Assembly: GCA_963665295.1 (NCBI GenBank)
Contig: OY762209.1
Location: forward strand, 5,065,536 to 5,129,535
From: Syntrophorhabdaceae bacterium
Lineage (GTDB): Bacteria; Desulfobacterota; Syntrophorhabdia; Syntrophorhabdales; Syntrophorhabdaceae
Direction of reading: 5' to 3'
DNA length: 64,000 nucleotides
A program made the position numbers and the translations under genes. Of the stretch, positions 20,276-29,292 are shown in pieces (positions within the stretch are counted from its first letter, which is position 1; every line of letters starts with the position of its first letter). Under the pieces are notes generated by a model that was not told the origin of the DNA, ran no database searches, and worked only from the letters and a program-made list of their open reading frames with translations.

Positions 20276-21481
20276 TCACACCTTATTGCCCACGGGCTGT
20301 CTTGAAAAGATGCCGTCCGCTGTTTCGAGAAACAGGTCGATCTCTTCTTTTTTTACAATCAAAGGAGGCACCAACCGCAGTATTTTCCCCTTGGTGCAAT
20401 TCAGGATAATACCCTCCTTCATGAACTCCCGTTGCACGGCGTCCCCGTCGATATCAAGCTCCGCTCCGAGGATAAGTCCCATGCCCCGTACATCCTTTAT
20501 GAAAGAATACTTCTTCTGCAGCGACAGGAGACCTTCGTAGAGGTACTTCCCCACCACTTCACAGTTCTTTATCACCCCTTCATCGATAAGGGTGTTGATC
20601 GTGGCGATCACAGCCGCCGACGCAAGGGGGTTCCCGCCGAAGGTCGATGCGTGGGTCCCCGGCTCGAAGGCCTGCATCACCTCGTCCTTGGCCACGATGG
20701 CGCCCACGGGAAAACCGTTTCCCAGGGCCTTGGCGAGGCTCATGATATCGGGCTCGATGCCATAGTGCTCGTACCCGAAGAACGTGCCCGTCCTCCCCAT
20801 GCCCGTCTGAACCTCATCGAGGATGAGGAGTATGTCCTTTTCCCTGGTAAATGTCCTCAGGGCCTGGAGGTATTCCTTCTTTGCGGGATATATGCCTCCC
20901 TCCGCCTGTATGGGTTCGAGCATTACCGCGCAGGTCTTGTCGGTTACGGCCTTCTCCACTGCCTCCATATCATTGAAGGGCACATAGGTAAACCCGGGCA
21001 GAAGGGGCGCGAACCCTTCATGAAATTTGAACTGCCCCGTGGCGGACAAGGTGCACATGGTTCTGCCGTGGAAAGAGTTTTCCATGACCACTATTTCATA
21101 CCGGCCCTCTCCGTACTTCTTCCATGAATATCTCCGGGCAAGCTTTATGGCGGCCTCATTGGCTTCCGCGCCGCTGTTGCAGAAAAAGACCTTGTCTCCG
21201 AATGAATTCTCCACGAGAAGCCTCGCGGCTTTTATTTGAGGCTCCATATAAAAGAGATTCGAGGTATGAAAAAGCTTCGCTGCCTGGGCGCTCAACCCCT
21301 CGGCCACTTCTTTCCTCGCATGACCCAGGTTACACACCGCGATGCCCGCAAGAAAGTCGAGGTACCTCCTGCCGTCCATATCCCACAGCCAGCACCCCTC
21401 GCCTTTCGTGGCCACTATGGGATACCGGGTATAGGTGTTCGCAATATACCGGCCGGCCCTTTCCATCAGTTCCTCATGCAT
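20276..21481 (-). CDS. argD: acetylornithine aminotransferase (class III PLP aminotransferase)
   Basis: FCNSGAEANE, LILDEVQTGMGRTG and SLAKALGNGFP (PLP Lys) motifs; arg-cluster context. Confidence 0.93.
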   Translation of the reverse strand: MHEELMERAGRYIANTYTRYPIVATKGEGCWLWDMDGRRYLDFLAGIAVCNLGHARKEVAEGLSAQAAKLFHTSNLFYMEPQIKAARLLVENSFGDKVFFCNSGAEANEAAIKLARRYSWKKYGEGRYEIVVMENSFHGRTMCTLSATGQFKFHEGFAPLLPGFTYVPFNDMEAVEKAVTDKTCAVMLEPIQAEGGIYPAKKEYLQALRTFTREKDILLILDEVQTGMGRTGTFFGYEHYGIEPDIMSLAKALGNGFPVGAIVAKDEVMQAFEPGTHASTFGGNPLASAAVIATINTLIDEGVIKNCEVVGKYLYEGLLSLQKKYSFIKDVRGMGLILGAELDIDGDAVQREFMKEGIILNCTKGKILRLVPPLIVKKEEIDLFLETADGIFSRQPVGNKV

Positions 21482-21484
21482 CTG

Positions 21485-22324
21485 TCAGCCTCCTATGATC
21501 TCGGTGCCGACACCGGAATCAGTAAATATTTCAAGTAAAATAGCGTGGGGAACCCTTCCGTCGACCACGTGGGTCTCTTTCACCCCGGCCCTCACCGCGT
21601 CAATGCAACACGTCACTTTTGGAATCATCCCGCCGGACACGGTCTTGTTTTCCACAAGCTTCATCACTTCACTTTCCTTCAAGGTGGAGAAAAGCTTTCC
21701 TTCCCTGTCGAGCACGCCTTCCACATCAGTGAGGAGGATAAGCTTCTCCGCCGACATGGCCTTCGCGATACTCCCTGCGGCCGTATCGGCGTTGACATTG
21801 TAGGAATGCCCGTCCACGCCGTCCGCGATAGGGGCCACAACCGGGATATATCCGTGTCTGCTTATATCCTTCAGGATATCGACGTTCACGTTCACGACCT
21901 CGCCTACAAAGCCAATTTCCTTATTCTTTACCTGCTCGGCGACAAGAAGTCTTCCGTCTTTTCCCGAAAGACCTATGGCCTTCCCCCCCATGTCGTTGAT
22001 GTTCTTCACGATCTCTTTGTTCACGTGGCCGGAGAGGACCATTTCCGCGATCTCCAGGGTCTTCTGGTCCGTAACCCTGAGGCCGTCGATAAAGGCGGAA
22101 GGTATCTTGAGTTCCTTTAAGAGCCTGCCTATTTCCGGACCACCTCCGTGGACGACGATGGGGTTTATCCCTACGTATTTGAGGAGGACCACGTCCTTGG
22201 CGAACTCTTTTTTCAGGCTCTCTTCCTCCATGGCCGCCCCGCCGTATTTGATTACGAAGGTGGCGCCTGCGAAGGCCTTTATATAAGGAAGGGCCTCAAG
22301 TAAGGTTTCAATTTTTTCTCTCAT
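21485..22324 (-). CDS. argB: acetylglutamate kinase
   Basis: [10 protein letters not shown] ... VVHGGGP ... NVNADTAA motifs. Confidence 0.95.
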   Translation of the reverse strand: MREKIETLLEALPYIKAFAGATFVIKYGGAAMEEESLKKEFAKDVVLLKYVGINPIVVHGGGPEIGRLLKELKIPSAFIDGLRVTDQKTLEIAEMVLSGHVNKEIVKNINDMGGKAIGLSGKDGRLLVAEQVKNKEIGFVGEVVNVNVDILKDISRHGYIPVVAPIADGVDGHSYNVNADTAAGSIAKAMSAEKLILLTDVEGVLDREGKLFSTLKESEVMKLVENKTVSGGMIPKVTCCIDAVRAGVKETHVVDGRVPHAILLEIFTDSGVGTEIIGG

Positions 22325-23652
22325 AATATGTACCTGCTCAGATCGTCTTTTTCGAGAAACTCTCCGAGTTTCTCCCTTACATACTCTTTTGTCACGGTAA
22401 TCTTCTCTTCCTTTGTATCCGGCGCGGAAAAGGATATGTCTTCAAGGAGTTTCTCCATCACCGTGTAGAGCCTTCTGGCTCCTATGTTCTCGGTCATCTC
22501 ATTGACCTTCTGGGCAATATCCGTAATCTCCCTGATGGCGCTCTCCTCGAACTCCAGGTCGATGCTCTCTGTTTTCAGGAGCGCTTTGTACTGCTTGAGG
22601 AGGGCATTATCAGGCTCGGTGATGATTCTGTAAAAATCATCCCTGGTCAGGGCATCGAGTTCAACCCGGATCGGAAACCGCCCCTGCAGCTCCGGGATAA
22701 GGTCGGAAGGTTTCGACATATGAAAAGCACCCGCCGCGATAAAGAGCACGTGGTCCGTCTTCACCATGCCGTACTTCGTGGTAACCGTCGTGCCCTCGAC
22801 TATGGGCAGGATATCCCTCTGGACACCTTCCCGCGAAACATCGGGTCCATGGGTGTGGTCGCGGCTCGCGATCTTGTCAAGCTCGTCAAGGAATATGATG
22901 CCCGACTGCTCGACCCGTTCTATGGCGTCCTGAACCACCCTGTCCATGTCGATCAGCTTCTTCGCTTCATCCTGTATGAGCAGTTCGTATGCTTCCTTTA
23001 CCTTGATCTTCCTCTTCTTCGTCTTCTTGGGCATCATGTTGCCGAACATGTCCCTTATCTGCATATCCATCTCCTCGAGCCCTGAGGCGGAGAAGATCTC
23101 TATAATAGGGAGGGCCTTGTCCGGCACTTCTATTTCCACGGACTTCTCGTCGAATTTGCCCGCCCTGAGCTGGTTTCTTATCTTGAGTCTCGACAGCTCC
23201 GCCGGGTCTTCTTCACGGGCCGCGCGGCTGAGCTTCTTCTGGGGCAAAAGCAGGTCAAGGACCCGCTCCTCTGCCAACTCCCTGGCCTTCTGCAAAACTC
23301 TCTCGTGCTCTTCCTTTTTCACCATATTAATGGAAAGCTCGGTGAGGTCCCGTATCATGGACTCCACGTCACGCCCCACGTATCCTACTTCCGTAAACTT
23401 GGTGGCCTCGATCTTGAGAAAGGGTGCGCTCGCGAGTTTCGCAAGACGCCGGGCAATCTCCGTCTTCCCGACCCCGGTAGGCCCTATCATGATGATATTC
23501 TTCGGGGCTACCTCATCCCTCAGTTCCTTGGGTATCATCTGCCGTCTCCACCGGTTTCTCAAGGCTATGGAGACCGCCTTCTTCGCCTTGTTCTGCCCTA
23601 TGATAAACCGGTCCAGCTCCTCCATGATCTCTTTAGGCGTCAGTATCTTCAT
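22321..23652 (-). CDS. hslU: ATP-dependent protease ATPase subunit HslU
   Basis: [33 protein letters not shown]...[17 protein letters not shown] is typical of HslU. Confidence 0.97.
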   Translation of the reverse strand: MKILTPKEIMEELDRFIIGQNKAKKAVSIALRNRWRRQMIPKELRDEVAPKNIIMIGPTGVGKTEIARRLAKLASAPFLKIEATKFTEVGYVGRDVESMIRDLTELSINMVKKEEHERVLQKARELAEERVLDLLLPQKKLSRAAREEDPAELSRLKIRNQLRAGKFDEKSVEIEVPDKALPIIEIFSASGLEEMDMQIRDMFGNMMPKKTKKRKIKVKEAYELLIQDEAKKLIDMDRVVQDAIERVEQSGIIFLDELDKIASRDHTHGPDVSREGVQRDILPIVEGTTVTTKYGMVKTDHVLFIAAGAFHMSKPSDLIPELQGRFPIRVELDALTRDDFYRIITEPDNALLKQYKALLKTESIDLEFEESAIREITDIAQKVNEMTENIGARRLYTVMEKLLEDISFSAPDTKEEKITVTKEYVREKLGEFLEKDDLSRYIL

Positions 23653-24176
23653 TACAACTCCTCTATTACGATATTATCATTGGTGTAGATGCAGATCCCG
23701 GACGCAATGTGCATCGATTCCTCCACGATCTCCCTGGCCGACAGGTTCGCGTGCTTCACGAGCGCCCTTGCCGCCGACTGGGCATAGGCGCCGCCGGACC
23801 CGATGGCGGCCACGCCGTCATCCGGCTCGATCACGTCACCTGTCCCGGAGAGCATGAGAGTATGTTCCTCATCCGCCACTATAAGCAGGGCCTCGAGCCT
23901 CCGGAGCATCCTGTCCGTTCTCCAGTCCTTTGCAAGCTCCACGGCGGCCCTGGAGATATTCCCGTTATACTGCTCCAGTTTCTTTTCGAACCTCTCGAAA
24001 AGGGTAAAGGCATCCGCGGTGGCCCCTGCGAAACCGGCGAGACATTTTTCGTGATAGAGTTTCCGTACTTTCTTTGCCGTATGTTTCATGACAATATCAC
24101 CCATCGTGACCTGTCCGTCGCCTCCAATGGCAACTTTCCCCTCGTGTCTTACACATATGACTGTCGTCGCTTCCAT
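23652..24176 (-). CDS. hslV: ATP-dependent protease subunit HslV
   Basis: [22 protein letters not shown]-terminal Thr nucleophile context; 174 aa; overlaps the hslU start. Confidence 0.97.
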   Translation of the reverse strand: MEATTVICVRHEGKVAIGGDGQVTMGDIVMKHTAKKVRKLYHEKCLAGFAGATADAFTLFERFEKKLEQYNGNISRAAVELAKDWRTDRMLRRLEALLIVADEEHTLMLSGTGDVIEPDDGVAAIGSGGAYAQSAARALVKHANLSAREIVEESMHIASGICIYTNDNIVIEEL

Positions 24177-24178
24177 TT

Positions 24179-25066
24179 TTACCTTCTTGGGTGAGATTTG
24201 TCGTATATCTCCATCAGCTTTTCCATGGAGACATGGGTGTATTTCTGGGTGGTAGATAATTTTGAATGCCCGAGCAGTTCCTGAATACTCCGGAGGTCCG
24301 CGCCGCTGTCGAGCATATGCGTCGCAAAAGAATGACGCACGCCGTGGAGGGCGAGGTTCTTGAACAGGTGAGCATGCAGTTGATGCTTCTTCATAATTTT
24401 CAGAAGACCCCCGTAAGAGAGCCGGTATCCCCTCGCGTTCACGAACAGGGGACCTCTGACCGCACTTTTCCGGGCCTCCTTCAAGGCCGTCCGGTACTCC
24501 TCAACGGCAAGTTTCGCCTTGTCTCCGAAAGGGATTATCCTTTCCTTGCCGCCCTTGCCTTTTGCCTTCACCCACATTCCATCCATGTGTACGTCTTCCA
24601 CATCCATATTAAGCGTTTCCTGAGCTCGCATGCCCGTCGAATACATGAGCTCGAAAATGGCCCGGTTCCTTAAATTAAGCCATCCGTCCTTCGGCAGAAA
24701 ATCAAGGAAATGGAACATCTCGTCTATGGTGTAGAACTTGGGAAGATGCTTCTCTATCCTCGGGTTCTTGATCACCAGCGCCGTGTTTTCCTCAATATAT
24801 CCCTTCTTCTTCATAAATCTGAAGAAGACCTTTATGGACGAAACCTTCCTCGACAGGGAAGACTTCTTGAGTCCTTTGTAAATACTTACGATGTACGCCC
24901 TTATTGCGCGATGGTCCACTACATCGTAAGAACTCTTCTCTATAAAGGCGACAAAGTCGTCGATATCCCCCTTGTACGCCCTCTCCGTATTAAAGGCCAC
25001 GCCTTTTTCACTCTTCAGATACTTGTAAAACTCCCTGGACAACACCCTCATCGTATGTTTATCCAT
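24179..25066 (-). CDS. xerC: site-specific tyrosine recombinase XerC (XerC/XerD type)
   Basis: R...[23 protein letters not shown]......YTH catalytic motifs. It heads the hslVU operon, as in many proteobacteria. Confidence 0.85.
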   Translation of the reverse strand: MDKHTMRVLSREFYKYLKSEKGVAFNTERAYKGDIDDFVAFIEKSSYDVVDHRAIRAYIVSIYKGLKKSSLSRKVSSIKVFFRFMKKKGYIEENTALVIKNPRIEKHLPKFYTIDEMFHFLDFLPKDGWLNLRNRAIFELMYSTGMRAQETLNMDVEDVHMDGMWVKAKGKGGKERIIPFGDKAKLAVEEYRTALKEARKSAVRGPLFVNARGYRLSYGGLLKIMKKHQLHAHLFKNLALHGVRHSFATHMLDSGADLRSIQELLGHSKLSTTQKYTHVSMEKLMEIYDKSHPRR

Positions 25067-25375
25067 AAGAGTATTATTTTATTACATTTCAGCAAATAAT
25101 CAAGTAAATTCCCGGGACAAAACCGAAGCCGTCCAGAGGACGGGGTCCCCCGTTACACAGGAAAGGCCCCTTCCTCCTCCCCATTTAAGTGTTCGCGACA
25201 ATAGGCGACAACCACCATATGCAGGAAAATACTGTGCAAGACCACCCCGGCTTAACAGTCCTCTTCCCACTCCGGATGCACGGCTCGAAAGAGACGGTCA
25301 CCGCTATAAGAGCAGAGAGAACAGGGGTCCGATGGTCGGACCACGGACATTGACGAAGTAAAGGAGGAAATCATC

Positions 25376-27811
25376 ATGCCCCAAAAGAATTTTCCACCAG
25401 ATCCGCTAAACCAGGTCCGTAAGAAAGGCTCCATCATGCGAAAAGCGGTGACGCCGCTCATCCTGTTCATATTGTTCATTGCAGCCCTGCCCTTCCAGGG
25501 ATATCCGGCACAGCCCACCTATCCGATCTCGACGCCCGTTCAGACTACACGGGAGCGCACGGTGAGCCCTGATCCGATACCCGACGCACCCCAGATTGCC
25601 ATAGGGGAGGTGGACCAGTACCAGGCGTACGGATACAGTAGTTGGAGCGTCGGGGCCGGTGTCGATTACGGGATACTTTCGCCGGAAGGACCCTATGTGG
25701 ACTCCTACAACGCGGTGGAGACCCTTCTCACGTATTTCACCATGAGCGATATCCATATCACCGACAAAGAATCCACTGCCCAGGCCCTCTATATGTCATA
25801 CGGGCTCGGAACGTGGGGAAACTCCAACACCTCGGCATACTCTCCGATTATCCTGTCCACCACGCACGTGCACGACGCGGCGGTGCAGACGATCAACGCC
25901 CTCCACAAGGAGGCGCCCTTTGATTTCGGCCTCTCCCTGGGCGACGAGACGAACAGCACCCAGTATAATGAGGTCAGGTGGTTTATCGACGTCATGGACG
26001 GAAAAAAGATCACCCCAAGTTCGGGGGCGCACAAGGGAGCGGGCTCCATCGATTACCAGAAGCCCTACCAGTCGGCCGGGCTCGACAAGTCGATTCCCTG
26101 GTATGTGGTCATCGGCAACCATGACCAGTTCTGGTGCGGCTCCCTCTACCCCAACGACTATGTCCGGAGAGTCATGGTCGGCAATACGGTCCTCGATATG
26201 GGCAACGACGCAACAGGGGCGCTCTCGCTGGAAACTCGCGGTAACTACATGGGTGTGGTTGACGGGACGACACCGTACGGAACCGTCATAGACTATGGAC
26301 CCGCTTTCAGCGCCATGCCCACGCCCATCGTGGCCGCCGACTCGAACCGCCGGAGCCTCAGCACCTCGACATCCACAACCTTGAACTGGATGAAAGAGTT
26401 TTTCAAGACCACGTCGCAACCGAAGGGCCACGGGTTCACCCAGGTAAACCTCGATAATGACTTCGCGTCCTACACCTTTGAGCCCAAATCAAGCGTGCCG
26501 GTGAAGGTCATTGTCCTCGACGACACCTGCAAGGAGAATCCTCTCAGCAGCCTGAGCCATTCATACGCAAGAGGCTGCCTGGACCAGCAACGGTACGACT
26601 GGCTCGTCAGTGAGCTTAACCGGGGTCAGGCCGAGGGTAAGCTCATGATTGTGGCCGCCCACGTCCCGGTGGGACCTCAGCTCAATGTCCCCGACTACCC
26701 GGTGCCTCCGGGCTATCCCGCAAACTCGACGCCCGTGGCCGTCTTCCTCTCCACCTGCAACGCCCCCGGCTCAACTGTCGGCGTGCCTTGTAATAAGAGC
26801 ATCGGGATCGCCAACAATAGCCCCGTTCTCCCTTACTCGGTCGTCACCGACGAGTCGCTCCTTACAACGCTCCACAATTACTCGAACCTGATTCTGTGGC
26901 TCTCGGGGCACCGCCACCTCAATACCGTCAGCCCCAAGCCCGCGCCGAACGCGGAGACTCCCGAATTCGGTTTCTGGGAGGTGGAGACCGCATCCCTCCG
27001 GGACCACCCCCAGACCTTCCGCACCTTTAAGATCGTCCGGAACGACAACAATACGGTCTCCATATTCGTCACCAACGTGGACCCCTCCGTTGCCGGCACA
27101 GGCTCTCCCGCGGATAAATCCCGCGGCTATGCGATCGGCGCACAAAGGATCTCCATGGGCACCACCTACGGGGGCCTCACCGATACCTACCCTCACGTCT
27201 ATAACGCGGAGCTTATCAAACAGCTGGCCGCCCCCTATACCATCACGGTCAACGTGACCGGGCCGGGCTCCGTGCAGATGGGCCCCTATCAGGCCGCCAC
27301 ATGCTCCTCAAGCAGCCCTTGCTCAGCGTCCTATCTTCCGGGCACGGCGGTAAATCTCGCCGCCACTCCCGCCTCCGGGGCCGTCTTTGCCGGGTGGTCA
27401 ACCTGCGCGGGGACATCAACATGCAACGTTACCATGACCGACAATCTCACAGTAACCGCAGCCTTCACTCAGGCCCCCACCGCAATCACGACTCCGGCCT
27501 ACAAGAACCTCGGGGCGGTAAAGAGGGGCAAAAAAGCGACCGCTACTTTCACGGTGAGAAATGCCACGACCAAAGGCGTCGCCGATCTCACTCTCGGAAC
27601 CGCTTCAATTACCGGAGCGGACGCGGGGCAGTTTCAACTTGTAGCGGGCAAAGACCGCTGCTCCGGCCAGACCATCAAACCGGGCAAGAGCTGCACCTTC
27701 CAGGTTTCTTTCGCACCCACTGCGACAAACACAAGGATGGGAACGGTTACCGTACCCTCCAACGACTCCGGTTCACCGGCGACCGCACAGGTCGCGGGTA
27801 CAGGAAAATAG
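25376..27811 (+). CDS. secreted metallophosphoesterase paralogue A (TIGR03768-like, recalled), with one B-repeat module and one choice-of-anchor-D-like domain
   Basis: AAGGAGG lies 8 nt before ATG 25376, and a hydrophobic signal segment follows (LILFILFIAALPF). Calcineurin-like motifs are present: SDIHITD, GLSLGDE, GNHDQFW, AAHVP, GHRHLN. The C-terminus has ...CSSSSPCSASYLPGTAVNLAATPASGAVFAGWSTCAGTSTCNVTM and then TFTVRNAT..LTLGTASITGADAGQF...C.G..I.PGKSCTF.V.F.P. Confidence 0.85.
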   Translation: MPQKNFPPDPLNQVRKKGSIMRKAVTPLILFILFIAALPFQGYPAQPTYPISTPVQTTRERTVSPDPIPDAPQIAIGEVDQYQAYGYSSWSVGAGVDYGILSPEGPYVDSYNAVETLLTYFTMSDIHITDKESTAQALYMSYGLGTWGNSNTSAYSPIILSTTHVHDAAVQTINALHKEAPFDFGLSLGDETNSTQYNEVRWFIDVMDGKKITPSSGAHKGAGSIDYQKPYQSAGLDKSIPWYVVIGNHDQFWCGSLYPNDYVRRVMVGNTVLDMGNDATGALSLETRGNYMGVVDGTTPYGTVIDYGPAFSAMPTPIVAADSNRRSLSTSTSTTLNWMKEFFKTTSQPKGHGFTQVNLDNDFASYTFEPKSSVPVKVIVLDDTCKENPLSSLSHSYARGCLDQQRYDWLVSELNRGQAEGKLMIVAAHVPVGPQLNVPDYPVPPGYPANSTPVAVFLSTCNAPGSTVGVPCNKSIGIANNSPVLPYSVVTDESLLTTLHNYSNLILWLSGHRHLNTVSPKPAPNAETPEFGFWEVETASLRDHPQTFRTFKIVRNDNNTVSIFVTNVDPSVAGTGSPADKSRGYAIGAQRISMGTTYGGLTDTYPHVYNAELIKQLAAPYTITVNVTGPGSVQMGPYQAATCSSSSPCSASYLPGTAVNLAATPASGAVFAGWSTCAGTSTCNVTMTDNLTVTAAFTQAPTAITTPAYKNLGAVKRGKKATATFTVRNATTKGVADLTLGTASITGADAGQFQLVAGKDRCSGQTIKPGKSCTFQVSFAPTATNTRMGTVTVPSNDSGSPATAQVAGTGK

Positions 27812-27845
27812 CGCGATACCCGACACCTGAATTCAACCAAGCATA

Positions 27846-27874
27846 CGCATCCCCGGCGCAAAGCCGGGGATGCG
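27846..27874 (+). terminator. terminator hairpin after phosphoesterase A
   Basis: CGCATCCCCGGC - GCAAA - GCCGGGGATGCG (12-bp perfect stem), 35 nt after the stop; weak U-tract. Confidence 0.55.
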
Positions 27875-27917
27875 TCCTATATGCTGATAAAGATGCCCGG
27901 CAATTCCACACTTTCTC

Positions 27918-27946
27918 TTGTAATCCTATCCGGGTGGGCCTATGAT
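27918..27946 (+). promoter_or_regulatory. sigma70-like promoter upstream of the Lys-rich small ORF
   Basis: TTGTAA - 17 nt - TATGAT. Confidence 0.35.
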
Positions 27947-28050
27947 ACTGTAAGATGCTTCCGTGGACTTATGCGCAGGCAGGTCTGACCGTTCGCCGCC
28001 CGCCCGCACAGGGAGGAATGCGACCGACCACAACAATGAGGAGGTGCACG

Positions 28051-28167
28051 ATGGGAGACAAGGGTGGGAAAAAAGGCAGGGACAAGGACCAGAAACAGAA
28101 GGCAGCGAAGCAGGAGCAAGCCCTGAAGGAAAAGAAGGACAAGGAAGTGAAACGGACGGCCAAATAA
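28051..28167 (+). CDS. 38-aa lysine-rich small protein (MGDKGGKKGRDKDQKQKAAKQEQALKEKKDKEVKRTAK)
   Basis: GAGGAGG SD ~8 nt before ATG 28051, with a candidate promoter upstream. Low-complexity composition makes homology uninformative. Confidence 0.4.
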   Translation: MGDKGGKKGRDKDQKQKAAKQEQALKEKKDKEVKRTAK

Positions 28168-28334
28168 GGGAAACGAACGACCCCTCGGCACGGCACGGAG
28201 TATCGAAGGCGAGCATAACACCCTTAAGACCATTTCGAGCCGAGCTTCGGGGTATGGACCCGCGGGACGATGAGGGTATTTCGGGCCGGACGTCTTTCGA
28301 CCCGGCCCGCCTTTATCTGTCTCCCGGCTTTTGA

Positions 28335-28826
28335 CTATTTGTTCATCATCCTTTTGTGGCTGCTCATCTTCATGAACATCACGGACCTCATCTTCTTGAA
28401 CTGTTCCTCCGTCAGAATAGACCGCATCTGTTTCATGGCCCTCAGCATTTCCAGGTGTTGGGCTGTCCGCATATCTCCAAGTTTCTTGACCGCAGCGCTC
28501 GCCTTATCCAGGTCAAAGTCCTTCACATCCATGATTTCCATCAGATCGATCCGCGCGATCTTCTGATCGGCTTTGAACCTGGCTTGTTTCTTCATCATTT
28601 CCCTGTGCAAGGACTTCATCTTCGTGATCTGATCATCGGTAAGACCCATACCGACCGCATTCTCCACGCATATCCCCATCATAGAGCCCATCATATCCAT
28701 ATCGTGCATACCCGTCATTTGTCCATGTTCCCCCCTGCGGTCGTTCATGGACATGCCCGTCATCTGTGAGAAAGCGGGCGCTACCAGCAAAACCGTCATC
28801 AACAATGCAAATACCAGCTTCTTCAT
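28335..28826 (-). CDS. periplasmic Spy/CpxP/ZraP-family protein with a Met/His-rich N-terminal region
   Basis: Signal peptide MKKLVFALLMTVLLVAPAFS. Met-rich tract QMTGMSMNDRRGEHGQMTGMHDMDMMGSMMG. Two LTxxQ motifs (LTDDQITKM, LTEEQFKKM). Confidence 0.75.
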   Translation of the reverse strand: MKKLVFALLMTVLLVAPAFSQMTGMSMNDRRGEHGQMTGMHDMDMMGSMMGICVENAVGMGLTDDQITKMKSLHREMMKKQARFKADQKIARIDLMEIMDVKDFDLDKASAAVKKLGDMRTAQHLEMLRAMKQMRSILTEEQFKKMRSVMFMKMSSHKRMMNK

Positions 28827-29187
28827 AATTTCCTCCTGTTTATGTGAGAAATGGAAACGTCATTAATCCTTTTGATACCTTTGGTCCGACCCGCCGCGGG
28901 TCTTATCGCGCCCGACCGCCGGCTCCGCCCTGCAAGGCAGCGGTTCTTGCGTGCCTCCATTTCTGAACCGCGGGCATCTCCCTGAGAATCTGCACGCACG
29001 GGTTACCCCGCCGGCTATTCGGCCTTACCAGGAAGATAAGGATTGAGAAATCGGTTTGCAAGGACCGGAGGCAGACGACGTACAGGAATACACGGGCGAT
29101 CAAAGGGCGTTCCCGTGCTCCCCCCTTCGTTATTGTCTGCATACGAGATGGACCGTCACAAAGATGACAGCCCTTCCAACAAGTGAT

Positions 29188-29216
29188 TTCACTTTAAACC
29201 CGGTGCAGTGTATAAT
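29188..29216 (+). promoter_or_regulatory. sigma70-like promoter upstream of phosphoesterase B
   Basis: TTCACT - 17 nt - TATAAT (perfect -10, preceded by TG), ~77 nt upstream of the GTG start. Confidence 0.4.
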
Positions 29217-29233
29217 TTCATATTGTGAACCCG

Positions 29234-29249
29234 TGGCAGGTTCTTTGCA
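29234..29249 (+). promoter_or_regulatory. sigma54-type -24/-12 element upstream of phosphoesterase B
   Basis: TGGCAG-GTTCT-TTGCA fits TGGCAC-N5-TTGCW, 44 nt upstream of GTG 29293. No equivalent element was seen upstream of paralogue A. Confidence 0.4.
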
Positions 29250-29292
29250 GAAAATGGATTTCAGACATTACAGAGACAAGGGAGGAAAGTCT

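Noticed and set aside
24179-25066. The tyrosine recombinase as the integrase of a genomic island, since it borders the accessory region that starts at 25.3 kb.
   Set aside because: It is the first gene of the conserved xerC-hslV-hslU operon and has XerC/D-type motifs. No att-like repeats or tRNA are adjacent, so it is the housekeeping chromosome-dimer resolvase.
27955-28050. The longer 70-aa version of the Lys-rich ORF starting at 27955.
   Set aside because: The candidate promoter (-10 at 27941-27946) and the strong SD support the internal ATG 28051. The N-terminal extension is Arg/Pro/Thr-rich with no SD.
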